This document shows, piece after piece, positions 50,580-62,524 of a stretch of 64,000 nt of DNA; position 1 is the stretch's first letter; each line of letters begins with the position of its first letter. Below the pieces are notes generated by a model. That model was not told where the DNA came from, did no database searches, and saw only the letters and a list, made by a program, of their open reading frames with translations. Source of the stretch: Asterias rubens (Eukaryota); the NCBI RefSeq assembly GCF_902459465.1, contig NC_047077.1:1054001-1118000 (forward strand), written 5' to 3'. The position numbers and the translations under genes are program-made.

Positions 50580-50967
50580 ATAAATTCACCAAATTTATTT
50601 TAAAGTTAATAATTACTTTACATAAGTATTTTGCAGTGTTCCCTTTGTGAACTCTAGATCGGCGTCGAAGTAATCCAATAAGCGAAGATAGAAATGAAGA
50701 ATATTCTATCCGGAAAGGAGATAAGGAAATATAAAAAAAAAAACAAGACTTCTAAAGAATCTCTATAGTTGTGATTCGTTTTGGCTTAATGCCTACCTGC
50801 TGCCTCTGGGTGTTGAGGGGATAATAAATGGTTTTAACCAATGCAGTAGGAGGAATTAGTAAACATGCCTCGGACAATCTGTAAGTGAAATCTCTCAGAT
50901 TCACTTCATTTCAACAGTTGGGTGACTTCCTCCTCTATAAGAAGCCATCTCCGTCGTGGCTTAAGAG

Positions 50968-51300
50968 TTAAAGGGAAGGTTTACGTTTGGAAATCACTCT
51001 TAAAATTAATGGCAAGAACAACTTTGTTTTGAGCACATTTTCCACACGATGGCGACTTTGGAAATCACTCTTAAAACTAATGGCATACAAACTGTGATGT
51101 CCTTTTGGAGCCCTTCTCCTTGACGACTAGAGAATTGAAGGGAGAACGTTTGGAAATCACTCCTAAAATTATTAATAATTATTAATGGCAATAACAACTT
51201 TGCTTGGAGCACGATTTCCATGTGATGGTGGCTTAAAGGGTATGGTAAACGTTTGGAAATAAATGTTAAAATTAGTAGAAACAAACTTTGGGTAAAGCAC
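50968..51300 (+). mobile_element. Three to four tandem copies of the family B left terminus
   Basis: TTTGGAAATCACTC(T/C)TAAAA at about 50986, 51057 and 51150, with a degenerate copy near 51250. Confidence 0.75.
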
Positions 51301-54300
51301 ATATTCCATTAATGGCAAAAAATAAACTTTTGATTAAGAAACCTACACAGCAACTTTCGGTAGTGTCATGCATTTTGAGAAACATTTAATGGCAATTTAA
51401 AGTATTTTTTGAGAAACATTTCATTTCGAGTTAGTGTGGTTATGTAAAAAGGATGTCAATGTTCATGCACAATTTAAAATCTGAGAAGCGTTAGTGCGAT
51501 CTGAGAAGCGATACTTGGTATCTCTGCTATAGTATTTTCGATATATTTTTCTTCAAAGCTTTATTTCGGGTGTAAAGTGTTAATCCTTGCCTTGGATAAA
51601 AACAATTATTTTAGGAGCAAGTCTCCTTGATCTTGCATCGTTTTACAATATAAATATTCGCACAAGAAAATTCAATGCATTCGGCATTGCGTTATTAACA
51701 CTACACAACTTTGATATATCTTTGCTGATTTTGGTGTGAGTCAGTCAGGCCTTGATTTCGTTCGTGAAGGGGCACATCACATCTCAGGCACGGTCTAATT
51801 TGTACATGTTAGTCTTAAAACAAAATGGTTGGTTCTGATGTAGTCCAAACCAGTATTTGATCTACATCTTTAATTTCTCCTATTGGCTTGAAGAACAAAA
51901 TAGTCTTGTGCACCTCCTTTAAGATGAGGTTCATTCTGTGGAGGCGTCTTATACGGGACCTCAATAGATGAGGCTCCTGTAATCAGATAACTGCGGCTTA
52001 TATCAAGTACCCTCTTAGGGCCTCGGGCCTCTTAGACGAACGGCCAGCGAACCATAGCGAGTCGCTGTTTCTAAGTATTTAAAGGCAATGTACAGGAAGA
52101 GGTAATTAGCAAGAAGAAAAAATATTATATATTTATCATGCAATGCCTCAAAGTGTGTTAATTACAACACCAAGTTCGCTGAGATTTAAAACCGGGCTAC
52201 TGAGATGACATATTTCTGTTGAAACATGTGCTTTAAACCAAATTAAATTTGCGTATTTTTTGTTCTGTGTGAAACCTTTCGATTATGATGTGTCTGATGA
52301 TTGTTTCTATGGGCCCGCCATGAAAGAAGTGACAAAAGCGAAAAAACATTGACGGGGGGGGGGGGGGAAAGCGAAGAGTAATTTTTTTTTATAGCGCATT
52401 CCCTGGGGCTAAAAACTCCCAGGGCATCGTGTTTGCGTCCGTTTAATATTTCAATATTACATCAATTTCCATCAGGGAAGTACGTTTGGGAATATTACAT
52501 CGACACTTAGGACAATCGCTCGGAGATACTAACTTGTAGAACTCAAGAGTTTAAAGGGAAGTTACATCATTGTTAGATTTTTGTTCCCTTTCTCGAGAAC
52601 ATGTGGATTTGACTCATCTGGGGCCAAATTCATACAGCACAGAAGTAGCTTAGCACATAGATAGATATGCTTACTTGAGTAAGGTCACCATCCTACAATT
52701 TACGGCTCGTATCTTCCCCCTAATTTTGTTATATAAAAAAAATCTTAAGAAATATTCCTGCTCAATAGAGAGGTTTATGCAAATTATGCCTATACAAAGT
52801 ATTGGTTTAAATCAGTAGGCCTGTACAGCATTTTGAGAAAAATTCCTTTAGCAAATTCTTTGTCCTGAAGAACCTATACTCGCCCCAGCTTTTTGCTGTT
52901 TTTTCTCGGCAAGTATTCAGCTGAAACTACCACATTTTTGTCTTTTCTGTGTATTTCTTTATAATCTGCGTAACCACCATTACACCTAATTGGCAAAAAT
53001 CAATCTATGAACACGACATTTTTGTGTTCTTTGGTTTACATGTGGACGCTGTCACTTATGTTCAAATATTTTGTCTTGTCAGTTCACACAAGAAAGGGAA
53101 AGATTCCTTTATATACCTATGGGCGAGCATTGTAACGTAAGTAACCGTATAACTGCTCGTAAAGAAAGATCGAACTCTTGCGTTAACTTGGCCGTGATAA
53201 CCTCGAACTCACGTCCTCTTCGGGGTGGCCAAGAAAGTACGCTGTGCCCGCCCTGCAGCAAATAATTAATCTCACAGCGACCACGCGTTTAATGTCCGGT
53301 TGCCCTAAAGCGCAATCTACCGTATACGGCTACCTCAGTAAATTACGCAAGCGATCTTGACCGGTCCAAATTACTTAGCTTAAAGATAGCGTGACAAATC
53401 TTTGATTGTTTACCGGCCAGGGTAGGTTACGAACGTCTTGGTGATCGCCTTTGGCTCGATTGGGTAGCATTACAGGGAGGTATTTCGCGTTTCGCGAACG
53501 TCTGACGTTATATGTTAACGTGTGGTTTTGAAAAATTTACCTTAAAACAGAATAATTTGAACGTAAGATATCAGTTTTGATTTGTTTGATTATTAATCTG
53601 CGGACCCGAGATGAAATCGAAAATTGAAACTGAAATGGGTTATGACATCATACCACAAGGAACTATAGTTTTCAATATGAGCACATTAGTTTGATCTGGT
53701 TATGTAATTAACAAGTACGGCATTTGCTTCCCCTTTGTGGTATCTCCGGAATTATAAAAAAAAAAAAGTCGTACCTTTGCAAACTTGTACCCAATTGAAA
53801 CTGTTCAAACATGCCAGACTGTCTGCCCTTCGGGATGTGTATCATTACTGAACAAGAGAGAGAGCAGGAAACACCATTGATTTCTACGGTCTGTTTAGAA
53901 GTATAACATGGAGGCAGCTGCTCATCATTTTGTGTATATATAATAGAGGCACTATTTTGACTCCGGGCGAGCAGTTTTGTTTTTGTGGGTCTGGTGGAGC
54001 AAAAACGTAGGTCCCCGCTTGCTAGCAACTTGAGGTGTACTTGTACATGACCTGTGAGTTGTTTTCAGAAGAAAGGGCGCGGTGCTGGGCTGTTTGTCTT
54101 CGTTGTAGAACAAAAGTTCAAGAGCCACACAAATATTGCTCTAAAGTTAGGGCCTTGTTTTATGGCTTCAAACTTGTAATCTTAAGAATCACAGCTTGAT
54201 GGAAATTGGGTTCAAGGGGGATGGTGTCAGAATTTAACCGAATGGAGACATGTGTATATAGTATTTCCCTCCTCAGTAGCTGTGAGCTTAGTAATAGTTT

Positions 54301-56103
54301 GCTGACCGCATGAATAATTCATCAGTAGGCAGGGCCAGTAGGTAGTTATTCTGTGTCTTTGTTATATTTAAATGCTTTGCCTTATTTGGCTCTGCAGTGG
54401 TAAGTTACCCCCCAGAAATTCCTTAAGGCATTATCTTTCGTTCAAGTATGAAGTTTTGAATGGGTGAAATTTGTTGGAAAGTTATCATCGATCAAGGCAC
54501 GACTGCATATAGCCTGATTATTCTGACGTCACACCTCGAGGCTCGTGAATAACGCCATAGAGTGGCTTCTAGTGTAGGTCATCCCTGTCCGTTTGCACCT
54601 TTCACCTATATCCATGCTAGCCGACCGCAAGTTCAGCCGCCAAAACGCCACCTCGGACCAATCAAAACACAGATATAGAAAGGTTACGTCATTGCACGTT
54701 TATCCAATACAAACACTGGTTCTGTCTACAGGGGACCAGTTTAGACTGCATATAGAGCTGCTGAGCGGAAACATTCAAACTGTGTAGCCATCTACATCTC
54801 CATATGCGCATCATGATCTGCACACAAGTTGGCAAATCAACACCAGCCTCGCTATCATGGTCAGCTCTGTTCAAACTCCAGCAACTTTCACAAATAATGC
54901 TCCACTTAGATAATTGGATGGTCATTGCAAAGAAATAACTATACGCGATTTTCAAATCAAAGAATCTCACGTTGACGTCAATGCCAATATTCGGCAAAAC
55001 AATTTGAAGGTCGTTTTGGTTGTTTTTAACTCGAAACTAATTTTGTTGCGAGAATAATTAAACGGGAGCTATAATTTTTTCACTCTGAGATTGACGGCCT
55101 TTGTCAAGAACAGAGAAAACACATTGTATTTTTTTTCAATACCGATGTGTGAAAGCGCCTCTAAATACGATCATGTTTTATGCTGATGGGAAGGAACGAT
55201 TGTAAAGGCATTTATATACTTTTGGCTTTTGGAACCGTTTTGGTCGCGTTTTTGAGATACCACCAAAACTCCGGCCTGATTATTTCCATGCATGAAGAAT
55301 AACCCCAATAGGAATACATAATTTAGAAGGGTTACCGCAGTAACGCTCCTTAAAGTCAAATGTTTTGGGATAATAAGTGATATTTTTTGTTTCATAACCG
55401 CAGTACTTCGAAGTTACATTTTTCGCAGCATGCATTAAACTATCCACTAAGTAATTCTTACCACGTAAGTTGTCATTGCTATTAGTTTTCAGAGTCAACT
55501 AAATGTATATGAGACCCTTTAGTACTTTACACAAAATAATTTATGAAACACCAAGGCTCTATTTGCAAATAAATCACCGCTCTCCTCGGCTGTGTTTCAT
55601 GGAATGGGAAACGATCGATTTCTGACCCAGACGACGTCGGAGGAGGAAGTTCATCCACAAGTCATCGCCCGCGGCTATCGTCAGAGAGAAGGGGGGCGAG
55701 AAAAAGCCATCAAAATTACTCCGCGTCGGTAGCGTCACCGATCATGCCGGCTTCATCGCTCAATAAGCATCTCGAGGAAAGATGTTTGTTTGAAATTTGT
55801 GCAATTTGTTTAAATGGCACAGCCGTGGATTTGTCTGCCATGTGGTAAATGTGTTTGATTGAAAGCAGGTCAGGTCATTATGATGCTCGACACCAAGTAC
55901 TTTATAATAACTCTTAATTTGATGATAGCTTTAAGTTAGGGGAGTGTTCACCGACTATGAGAATGTAGAGTTGATCTGGATCCCGTGCACTAGGGGACCT
56001 GATCTGGAAGTGGGTCAGGCTGACCCGGTACCAGACGCCATGTCGCCCTGTCGCCCCTCAGCCCAAACCTGAATCAACTTTTGTAGTCCTGTGTTATTTA
56101 GTT

Positions 56104-56411
56104 GAGTACCAAGTTCTGCTAAGTAGTACCCGAGTTAGAGTACTTGGGTCATCGAGTATGAGTGTCTGAATACCGGGTAGATTGATATCCGAGTACCGAG
56201 TCTGAGATGAAAATGAAACGAAACTTGAACCCACTGTTGTATTCGAGTACTTTATGTATTTTATCAAGTACTGCTGAGTAGTTCTCGAGTACGAGTACTT
56301 GGGCCATCGAGTACGTGTGTAGGATACCGGATATTCTGATATATGTTTGTTTGTTTGTGTGTGTGTTTGTTTGTTTGTTTGTTTGTTTGTTTGTTTGTTT
56401 GTTTTTTTTTT
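56104..56411. repeat. CGAGTAC-rich degenerate repeat followed by a (GTTT)n microsatellite
   Basis: Recurrent GAGTAC motifs at 56104-56320; (GTTT)n at 56343-56402. Confidence 0.7.
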
Positions 56412-56620
56412 TAAGTTTTGCCTTTTTCTGTTGTCATTGGAAAATTTAGAACTTCTAGCAAATGTGCACATTTTCACAGTTTCATCATAGTTTTTCTTCT
56501 TCTGTTGTACTTTTCAGGAAAACAAACTGTTTTTTGGGTTTCAAATTATTCCTTTTTGTTTTGTCCTTGGTCTCCAAAGGTACCAAAAATTTGATTATTT
56601 GATCATCTCTTTAATAACAG

Positions 56621-56910
56621 GAGATGACTTTTTTCTGTAAGAGTGACAAGAGTGAAGAAAGTGAGTCAGAATAAATAGAAGGAGACAGTTAAATAAAAAA
56701 ACTAGAAGAAACGAGAAAACGTAAAAGTAGATAGCCCAATGTAAGTGTGAAATTAACCCGAGACTCCTACATTTTATGGATAAAAGTGCCATCGTCAATG
56801 AAAGGAAGCACATTAGAATATTGACCAAGGATGCTTCAATATCTCAAGAGCCATGAGTTTTAAGGCAAGGACTTTGATCAAATTCTTTTGCTGCTCGAAA
56901 ATTTCAAGGT
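56621..56910 (+). pseudogene. Possible decayed purine-rich exon
   Basis: Follows acceptor TAATAACAG|: EMTFFCKSDKSEESESE*IEGDS*IKKLEETRKRKSR*PNV...; multiple stops. Confidence 0.2.
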
Positions 56911-57069
56911 GCGGCAAGCCGTTTTTTTCTCTTCTCCACAAGGTGTGATAGGTTCTCCGGTTTCACAGGCCGGAGTATTTGCATTTGCTAATGTGAACGA
57001 ACCGATCGGGCGCTGTTTGTGACTGAGACGGCCTCGAACTCTATGCATGTTCACGAACTGTATCTATAG

Positions 57070-57443
57070 TTAAGGCACTGTACACCTTTGTTTACTAACA
57101 AAGACCTGTCCTCACTTGTAGTATCCCAACTTATGCTTCATAAAATAACAACTCAGTGAAGGTTTGGACTCAATTGCTCATCGAAGTTGCAAGAGAATAT
57201 TAAAAGAAAAAACACCATTGTTGCACAAATGTATGTGCTTTCAGATGCATAAGGCTTAAGGTCTAAAGTGTTTTAATATTTGAGTGAGAAATTACCTCTT
57301 TTTTGTTGTAAAACTACTTACTTCAGAGGAAGCCGTTTCTCACTATCAAATCAAAAGCCCCTATTGCTCGTTACCAAGTGTGTTAATGCTTTATTTAACA
57401 ATTATTTTGAGAATTTACCAAACTATGTGTCCAGTACCTATAA
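57070..57443 (-). mobile_element. MITE family A, old reverse copy
   Basis: TTAA-GGCACTGTACAC end; inverted collinear body. Confidence 0.8.
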
Positions 57444-57945
57444 TTGACTAGTTTTCTATGCGCTTGCCTGGTTTACTTAAAACCTTCTGTCGTTGTGATT
57501 ACCCTGTCGGCTGCGTGTTTTGAAGAAGAAAATAAATCCACCATGTTGCTGTGTTTCAGAATAATACAATTCATGTTGAATTAATGATTGTACTATTTTT
57601 TAGAATGCCATCATTGTTTGAATAGTGGTGACACGTGAGCTAGAGATCTGGCTGTTTGTTTTGTGTCTCTTCACACCAATTCAAGATTAATTATTGTGTG
57701 GCTTTGTTTTAAATCAATGTTCCCGGCGTTGGTCGCAACATATTTATCGAATTGTGTTTTTGAAATGGATACTGTCTGTGATTTATTGTAATATTATTCT
57801 CTGACGATATGTATGAATACATCAGTCGCGTTACTGGATTTTCGAGGACCAACCTTGTGCTTCATTCCGGCATATTGATAGTTAACACCGTTGTCAATGA
57901 TTGATACCATGGTAAATTCTCGCTGTTGCACTCTTTCTGCTGTTG

Positions 57946-58430
57946 CACTCTTAAAACTTCAAGTTAACAAGTTTGGGTCCACTGACCCACTTTTAGTCAG
58001 AATGACCCAGAATCAGCGTCAAAATTACCCAGAAATGGTTCAGATATAACCCAGAGTCTGCGTCAAAACGACCCAGAAATGGGTCAGATATGACCCAGAA
58101 TCTGCGTCAAAACGACCCAGAAATGGGTCAGATATGACCCAGAATCTGTGTCAAAATGACACAGAAATGGGTCAGATATGACACGAAACATGTGTCAAAA
58201 ATACCTAGAAGTAGATACCTAAGATATGAGTCTGTGTCAAAATTACCCGGAAATGGGTCAGATATGACCCAGAGTGTGTGTCAAAATGACTCAGAAATAG
58301 GTCAGACCCAGAACCTGCGTCTAAATAACCCAGGAATGGGTCAGATATGACCCGGAGTCTGCATCTAAATTACCAAGAAATTGGTCAGATATGACCCGGA
58401 ATTTGTGTCAAATTGAACCAGTATTAATGG
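57946..58430. repeat. 44-bp minisatellite (about 10 copies) preceded by a CACT-type terminus
   Basis: Unit starts at 58021 and 58065; each unit contains GACCCAGAAATGGGTC; CACTCTTAAAA at 57946. Confidence 0.85.
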
Positions 58431-58922
58431 ATGTACGCATAAACCCAGTTAAAATCCATTTCTTTCAACCGCTTTCCGACTTGATCCGGAGATGTGTCAG
58501 GCCTCAAGGGACGCGGAAACCGGTCAATACTGGCCCGGAGTGTATTTTATATTTTTTGTTACGATCTCCTAAATACTGTCTTCGCAGTTTAACCAAAGGG
58601 ACCTTAAGGTTGTACGTGTATAACTCAGCGTTGTTAAAATTTGCTGGCAATGTTATTTGGTTCCCTTAACTAAGTTAGCACCGGTCAACCTATTGAATAG
58701 AACTCGGACCAATTTGATTAAGTCAGTGTGTGTTTGCTAGCCGCTACACCATCTCAAACCCCTCGTAAACATCAACAATTTGAAAGTGACTCCATTTGGG
58801 AGATGCATTTGAAGTGAATCAACACCGCCCATGTTTAAATCAGACTTTACTCTTTGCCTTTCCCATATTTCTTTATGATGTTGAAACTGTCCCCAAAATT
58901 AGAGGACCTTTATAGGGTAGAG

Positions 58923-58985
58923 GGGTGAACTTCACAAAGAGTTAAGAATAGCGTTATCTTATATCCTTGGACTTGTCCTATAGAG
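58923..58985 (+). mobile_element. Harbinger-type MITE H2 left-end fragment
   Basis: GGGTGAACTTCACAAAGAGTTAAGA matches the start of the 43069 element. Confidence 0.6.
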
Positions 58986-59477
58986 CTATGCCCTATCATT
59001 TTGGAATCGACCCTAGAAAGGGCAAAAAGCATCATTGTTTTTTTTTGTTTTCTGAATATACCTTTTTTAATACAGGTACCGACTCAATCTGCAATGAACA
59101 CTGACACTGTAGTAATACCATACTGTGTGCATTTGAAGTTTCAGGTTAACTGAATAACTTTAGTATTGATATCTTGTTCTCTCATTTATTATGCAAACTA
59201 GTATTTAAATTCTTGACAACTAGACTGAGATTTGAGGCTATTCATGTGGTGTCAAGTTGCATTAGTTAGGTATATTCTAAGCAGGACCATGCCACACTTC
59301 CTAGAGGGGTGTCACTCAACACCGGCCGTGATTTGTGAGGTGGCAAAACAAAAGTCAGCCAGCAATATTTGTGTAAAAAATCAGTTCGCCAGTTATCAAT
59401 GGTAGATAAAACCAAATATTTAGTAGTGAGGTAGAGTATGTTCATTGTATGGATAGTTGTTGGCTACATTGTGCCTG

Positions 59478-59962
59478 TTGGTCTGGTTCCCACATGTAAT
59501 CGTTGCTTTGTTGTATGTCACCAGCCTCTTTACGACTGCTTAAAGCAGCAAGCCGGAACGTCAAGAAGAAACCGTTGCGTTTCTTTTCAGAACAAACACC
59601 CTGGAAGAGACCATTACATGCTTAATACTGCAGGCCTGTGTGTTTTGTGTTTAAAAGGGCAAGGACACCAAGGCATTTCCTCCTTGGTAAAGGACATTCT
59701 ATGACCATGAGGTAAATTTCTACTTGGTCTGGTTCCCATTTGTAATAGTTGCTTTGTTGTATGTCACCAGTCTCTTTACGACTGCTCAAAGCAGCAAGCC
59801 GAAACGTCAAGAAGAAACCGTCGCGTTTCTTTTCAGAACAAACACCCGGAAGAGACCATTACATGCTTAATACTGCAGGCCTGTGTGTTTTGTGTTTAAA
59901 AGGGCAAGGACACCAAGGCATTTCATCCTTGGTTAAGGACATTCTTTGAGGTAAATTTCTAC
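59478..59962. repeat. Direct tandem duplication (246 + 239 bp) that includes part of a family D element
   Basis: Units start TTGGTCTGGTTCCCA at 59478 and 59724. Confidence 0.95.
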
Positions 59963-60024
59963 TGGAACATTTCAAGGGCACCGAGGCAATGGGGGACATG
60001 AAGGCATTCGCCTGAAACTGAGTG

Positions 60025-60290
60025 GGTCTCGACACTTGTGCTTTTGAGCAGGATGCTGTACTAACTTCATTTTTGCCAGGGGTATAAATGAGTGCCTGTA
60101 GGGGTAGAGGTTGATGATGTGCTTGAAAAGGCCTTCGGAGCACCAGTGCATGGCAGCTTAGAGGGCTGTACACTCCCCAGGGCGCTGAAAAGGTTGTTAT
60201 TCGCCCAATAACCAGGTCACTGTTTTTGTAAAGCACACTGCTACATTATTGTAGAAGGCGTTACTACTTAATAACTAGTTTTTTTATTGC
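60025..60290 (+). mobile_element. SINE-like core/tail fragment (second family)
   Basis: CCAGGGGTATAAATG core-like motif and GTAAAGCAC...AT-rich L2-type tail. Confidence 0.55.
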
Positions 60291-60336
60291 TGTTTTTATT
60301 TCTCTTCTCAAGATGTTATGTTGTGGGACTCTTGCT

Positions 60337-60720
60337 TTAACGAGCCACTGCTGCAAACCAAAATGACCGCTCGTATCGGATGCCGCTATCAACTGTCTCC
60401 GCATTACGCATAATAATCACTCCAAGCTTGACAGAGGACCACTTCAAACCGCGTCTTTGCCAAACCCGGTCCCTCGTAAATTGCTCATGTGACAGGGTTC
60501 TAAATATTCTGTCGCCCTCTTTGGTAATGATATCATGTAAATTGTCAAAGATATCTTTTGATTTGATTAAACTTTATTTCTGGTCACTCTATACACAGGG
60601 GCCGATGACGGTCTGCGAAAAAGCACAGCAACTTGGATGTGGAGACAATTTAAACAGTAAAACCGGTATTAAACATGCCGGTTTTTTGTCAGTAGGTTCC
60701 GGGGTGTCATCTTCATTAAT
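60337..60720 (-). pseudogene. Decayed coding segment (78-codon open stretch SLIKSKDIFDNLHDIITKEGDRIF...YERSFWFAAVAR)
   Basis: About 125 codons with 2 adjacent internal stops; the + strand ORF 60380-60724 is its antisense shadow. Confidence 0.5.
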
Positions 60721-60961
60721 TTAATCAGCAAAATATATGTCAATACTTTTCACTAAATTGTGCAATGCATGTTGTTGGGCAACCTATACGGTTTATTGTC
60801 TTAACACTTTTGGGTTTGTGATACAAAATCAAATAATAGTCCTATAAGGTTATTAATTGAACCGTGTGTTGAAGGCCTATGTCTCTACTCTATATACTCG
60901 GGCAAGTTAGGAAGCTAGTGCAGTCTGTTCTACCATGGAGCTATAGCTCCATTATAGCTCC

Positions 60962-61135
60962 ATGGTTCTACCAGCCAGGCATCGTGGATGATTTAACAAG
61001 GCTACATGTTTTTTGGACTGTGAAGGGGTAACCCTATTTCAGCCCCATGGGTATGGCAACCTGCCCCTGGTGGCAGTTTATTTGGGTCAACAGTCCAAAT
61101 TAGTTAAGTGTAGCCCTCGCCTTGAAGTGGTCGTA
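60962..61135 (-). repeat. Family R dispersed repeat
   Basis: Reverse complement of 48660-49100. Confidence 0.8.
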
Positions 61136-61142
61136 CATGTAT

Positions 61143-61668
61143 TCCCTTTTGAGGTTAGGCGACATCTCTTTAAAAAGGAATGTTGTTCATCCATATTCCA
61201 TGAACAAGTTGTTTTATTTGTTTGGCCGCAGTCTTCCCGATTCCGATCATCATTATATACATCCTTTTAAGTCCCTTCGAAGCGTGTTGAGTGGGCCCAG
61301 TGGGGAAACTCGCCCACTATAGATACTCTGTTTCTCAGATCTGACCGCGCAAAGAAAGCAAACTCAAAAGCACCTTCTGTAATAAGAACGGAATCACTCA
61401 GAGCATCATTGCTCAGGCCTTGTTTTGTTAGCGTCCGGACCCGTTCCATATCACCTGGTTTCGACATCCTGGTGCATTTTCCCCTGGCCCCTTTACCTAG
61501 ATCCACGCTTTGTCCTCTTCCCTAAAGCCCATGATTCTGCAGCGTGTTGTATTTCAGTTGGCTTTTCACAAGAGCCAGTAAACTTTTCTCTCTCATGTTA
61601 TCATACTCTTTGTAAGTCAGGCTGAGTCTCTTTTCTGGATTTTGTGGATCGATTGTAAATGGATAACC
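61143..61668 (-). pseudogene. Decayed coding segment (about 175 codons, 2 stops)
   Basis: GYPFTIDPQNPEKRLSLTYKEYDNMREKSLL...VLITEGAFEFAFFARSDLRNRVSIVG... in one frame. Confidence 0.5.
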
Positions 61669-61789
61669 CTATTTGATCTATTTCCTCATGTGTGCGTTAT
61701 GTTTCCATCAAAGAATGGTGCCATGGTCACAGTCTGTATGAATAATTCAATTGAAATGTCGAGACTCTATTGTGAGTCAATTTAAAATT

Positions 61790-62365
61790 AATGAAATTTT
61801 TGGCAATTGACAACAACTCAAGTGGCATTCCCTGCTACAGATGTAATCAATATTTTTCTTCTGACATTTTCTTCTGTTCACTTTGTAGTTATGAAATGTT
61901 TGGCAAATTGACCAACACTCAATTTGCGTTCCTTTTACAGTCGTGATCAATATTCGTGTACTGTCATTTCCTTTTAGTCGACTTGAATTTATCAACAGTT
62001 TGGCAAATTGACCAACACTAAATTTGGCTCCCCTTTACAGCCGCAAATATTATTTTTCTACTGTCATTTTCTTTTGTTAATATGGAATTATGAAACGCAT
62101 GGCAATTGACCAAAACCCAAATGGCAATCCTTGTAGTTTTTATCAATATATTTGTCTACTGTATTTGTTTTTTGTCAGTATGAAATTATGAAATGTTTAG
62201 CAAATTGACCAACACTCAATTTGCCTTTCATTTAAAGTCGTAATAAACAGTTTCCTACTGTCATTCTCTGTTTGTCAATATGAAATTATGAAACTTGATG
62301 CAATTGACCAAAAGCCAAATGGCATTCCCTGTAGAGTCGTGATCAATATTTTTCTACGGTCATTT
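61790..62365. repeat. About 100-bp tandem repeat, 6 copies, two subtypes
   Basis: GCAA(A)TTGAC anchors near 61802, 61902, 62002, 62102, 62200 and 62300. Confidence 0.85.
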
Positions 62366-62524
62366 TCTTCTTAGCGACGCAAAAAATTTAAAACAGCTGT
62401 GGAATTGGCCATCGGCGCATCCAATATAATCACCGTCTGTCATGTTCCACCACCAATTTTGCATCCTCGGGTATGGTGCGCATTAACATTTCCACGAATG
62501 TAAAGTACTGTGTAAGATCACAAC

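Noticed and set aside
53708-54997. 106-aa and 102-aa - strand ORFs
   Set aside because: Non-ATG starts, weak splice signals, no recognisable motifs; length alone is within chance
61135-61200. Idea that the decayed ORF plus family R form one LINE 3' end
   Set aside because: The other two family R copies share a different upstream sequence (CAAG.CCGGA.GGC.AC), so R looks like an independent insertion
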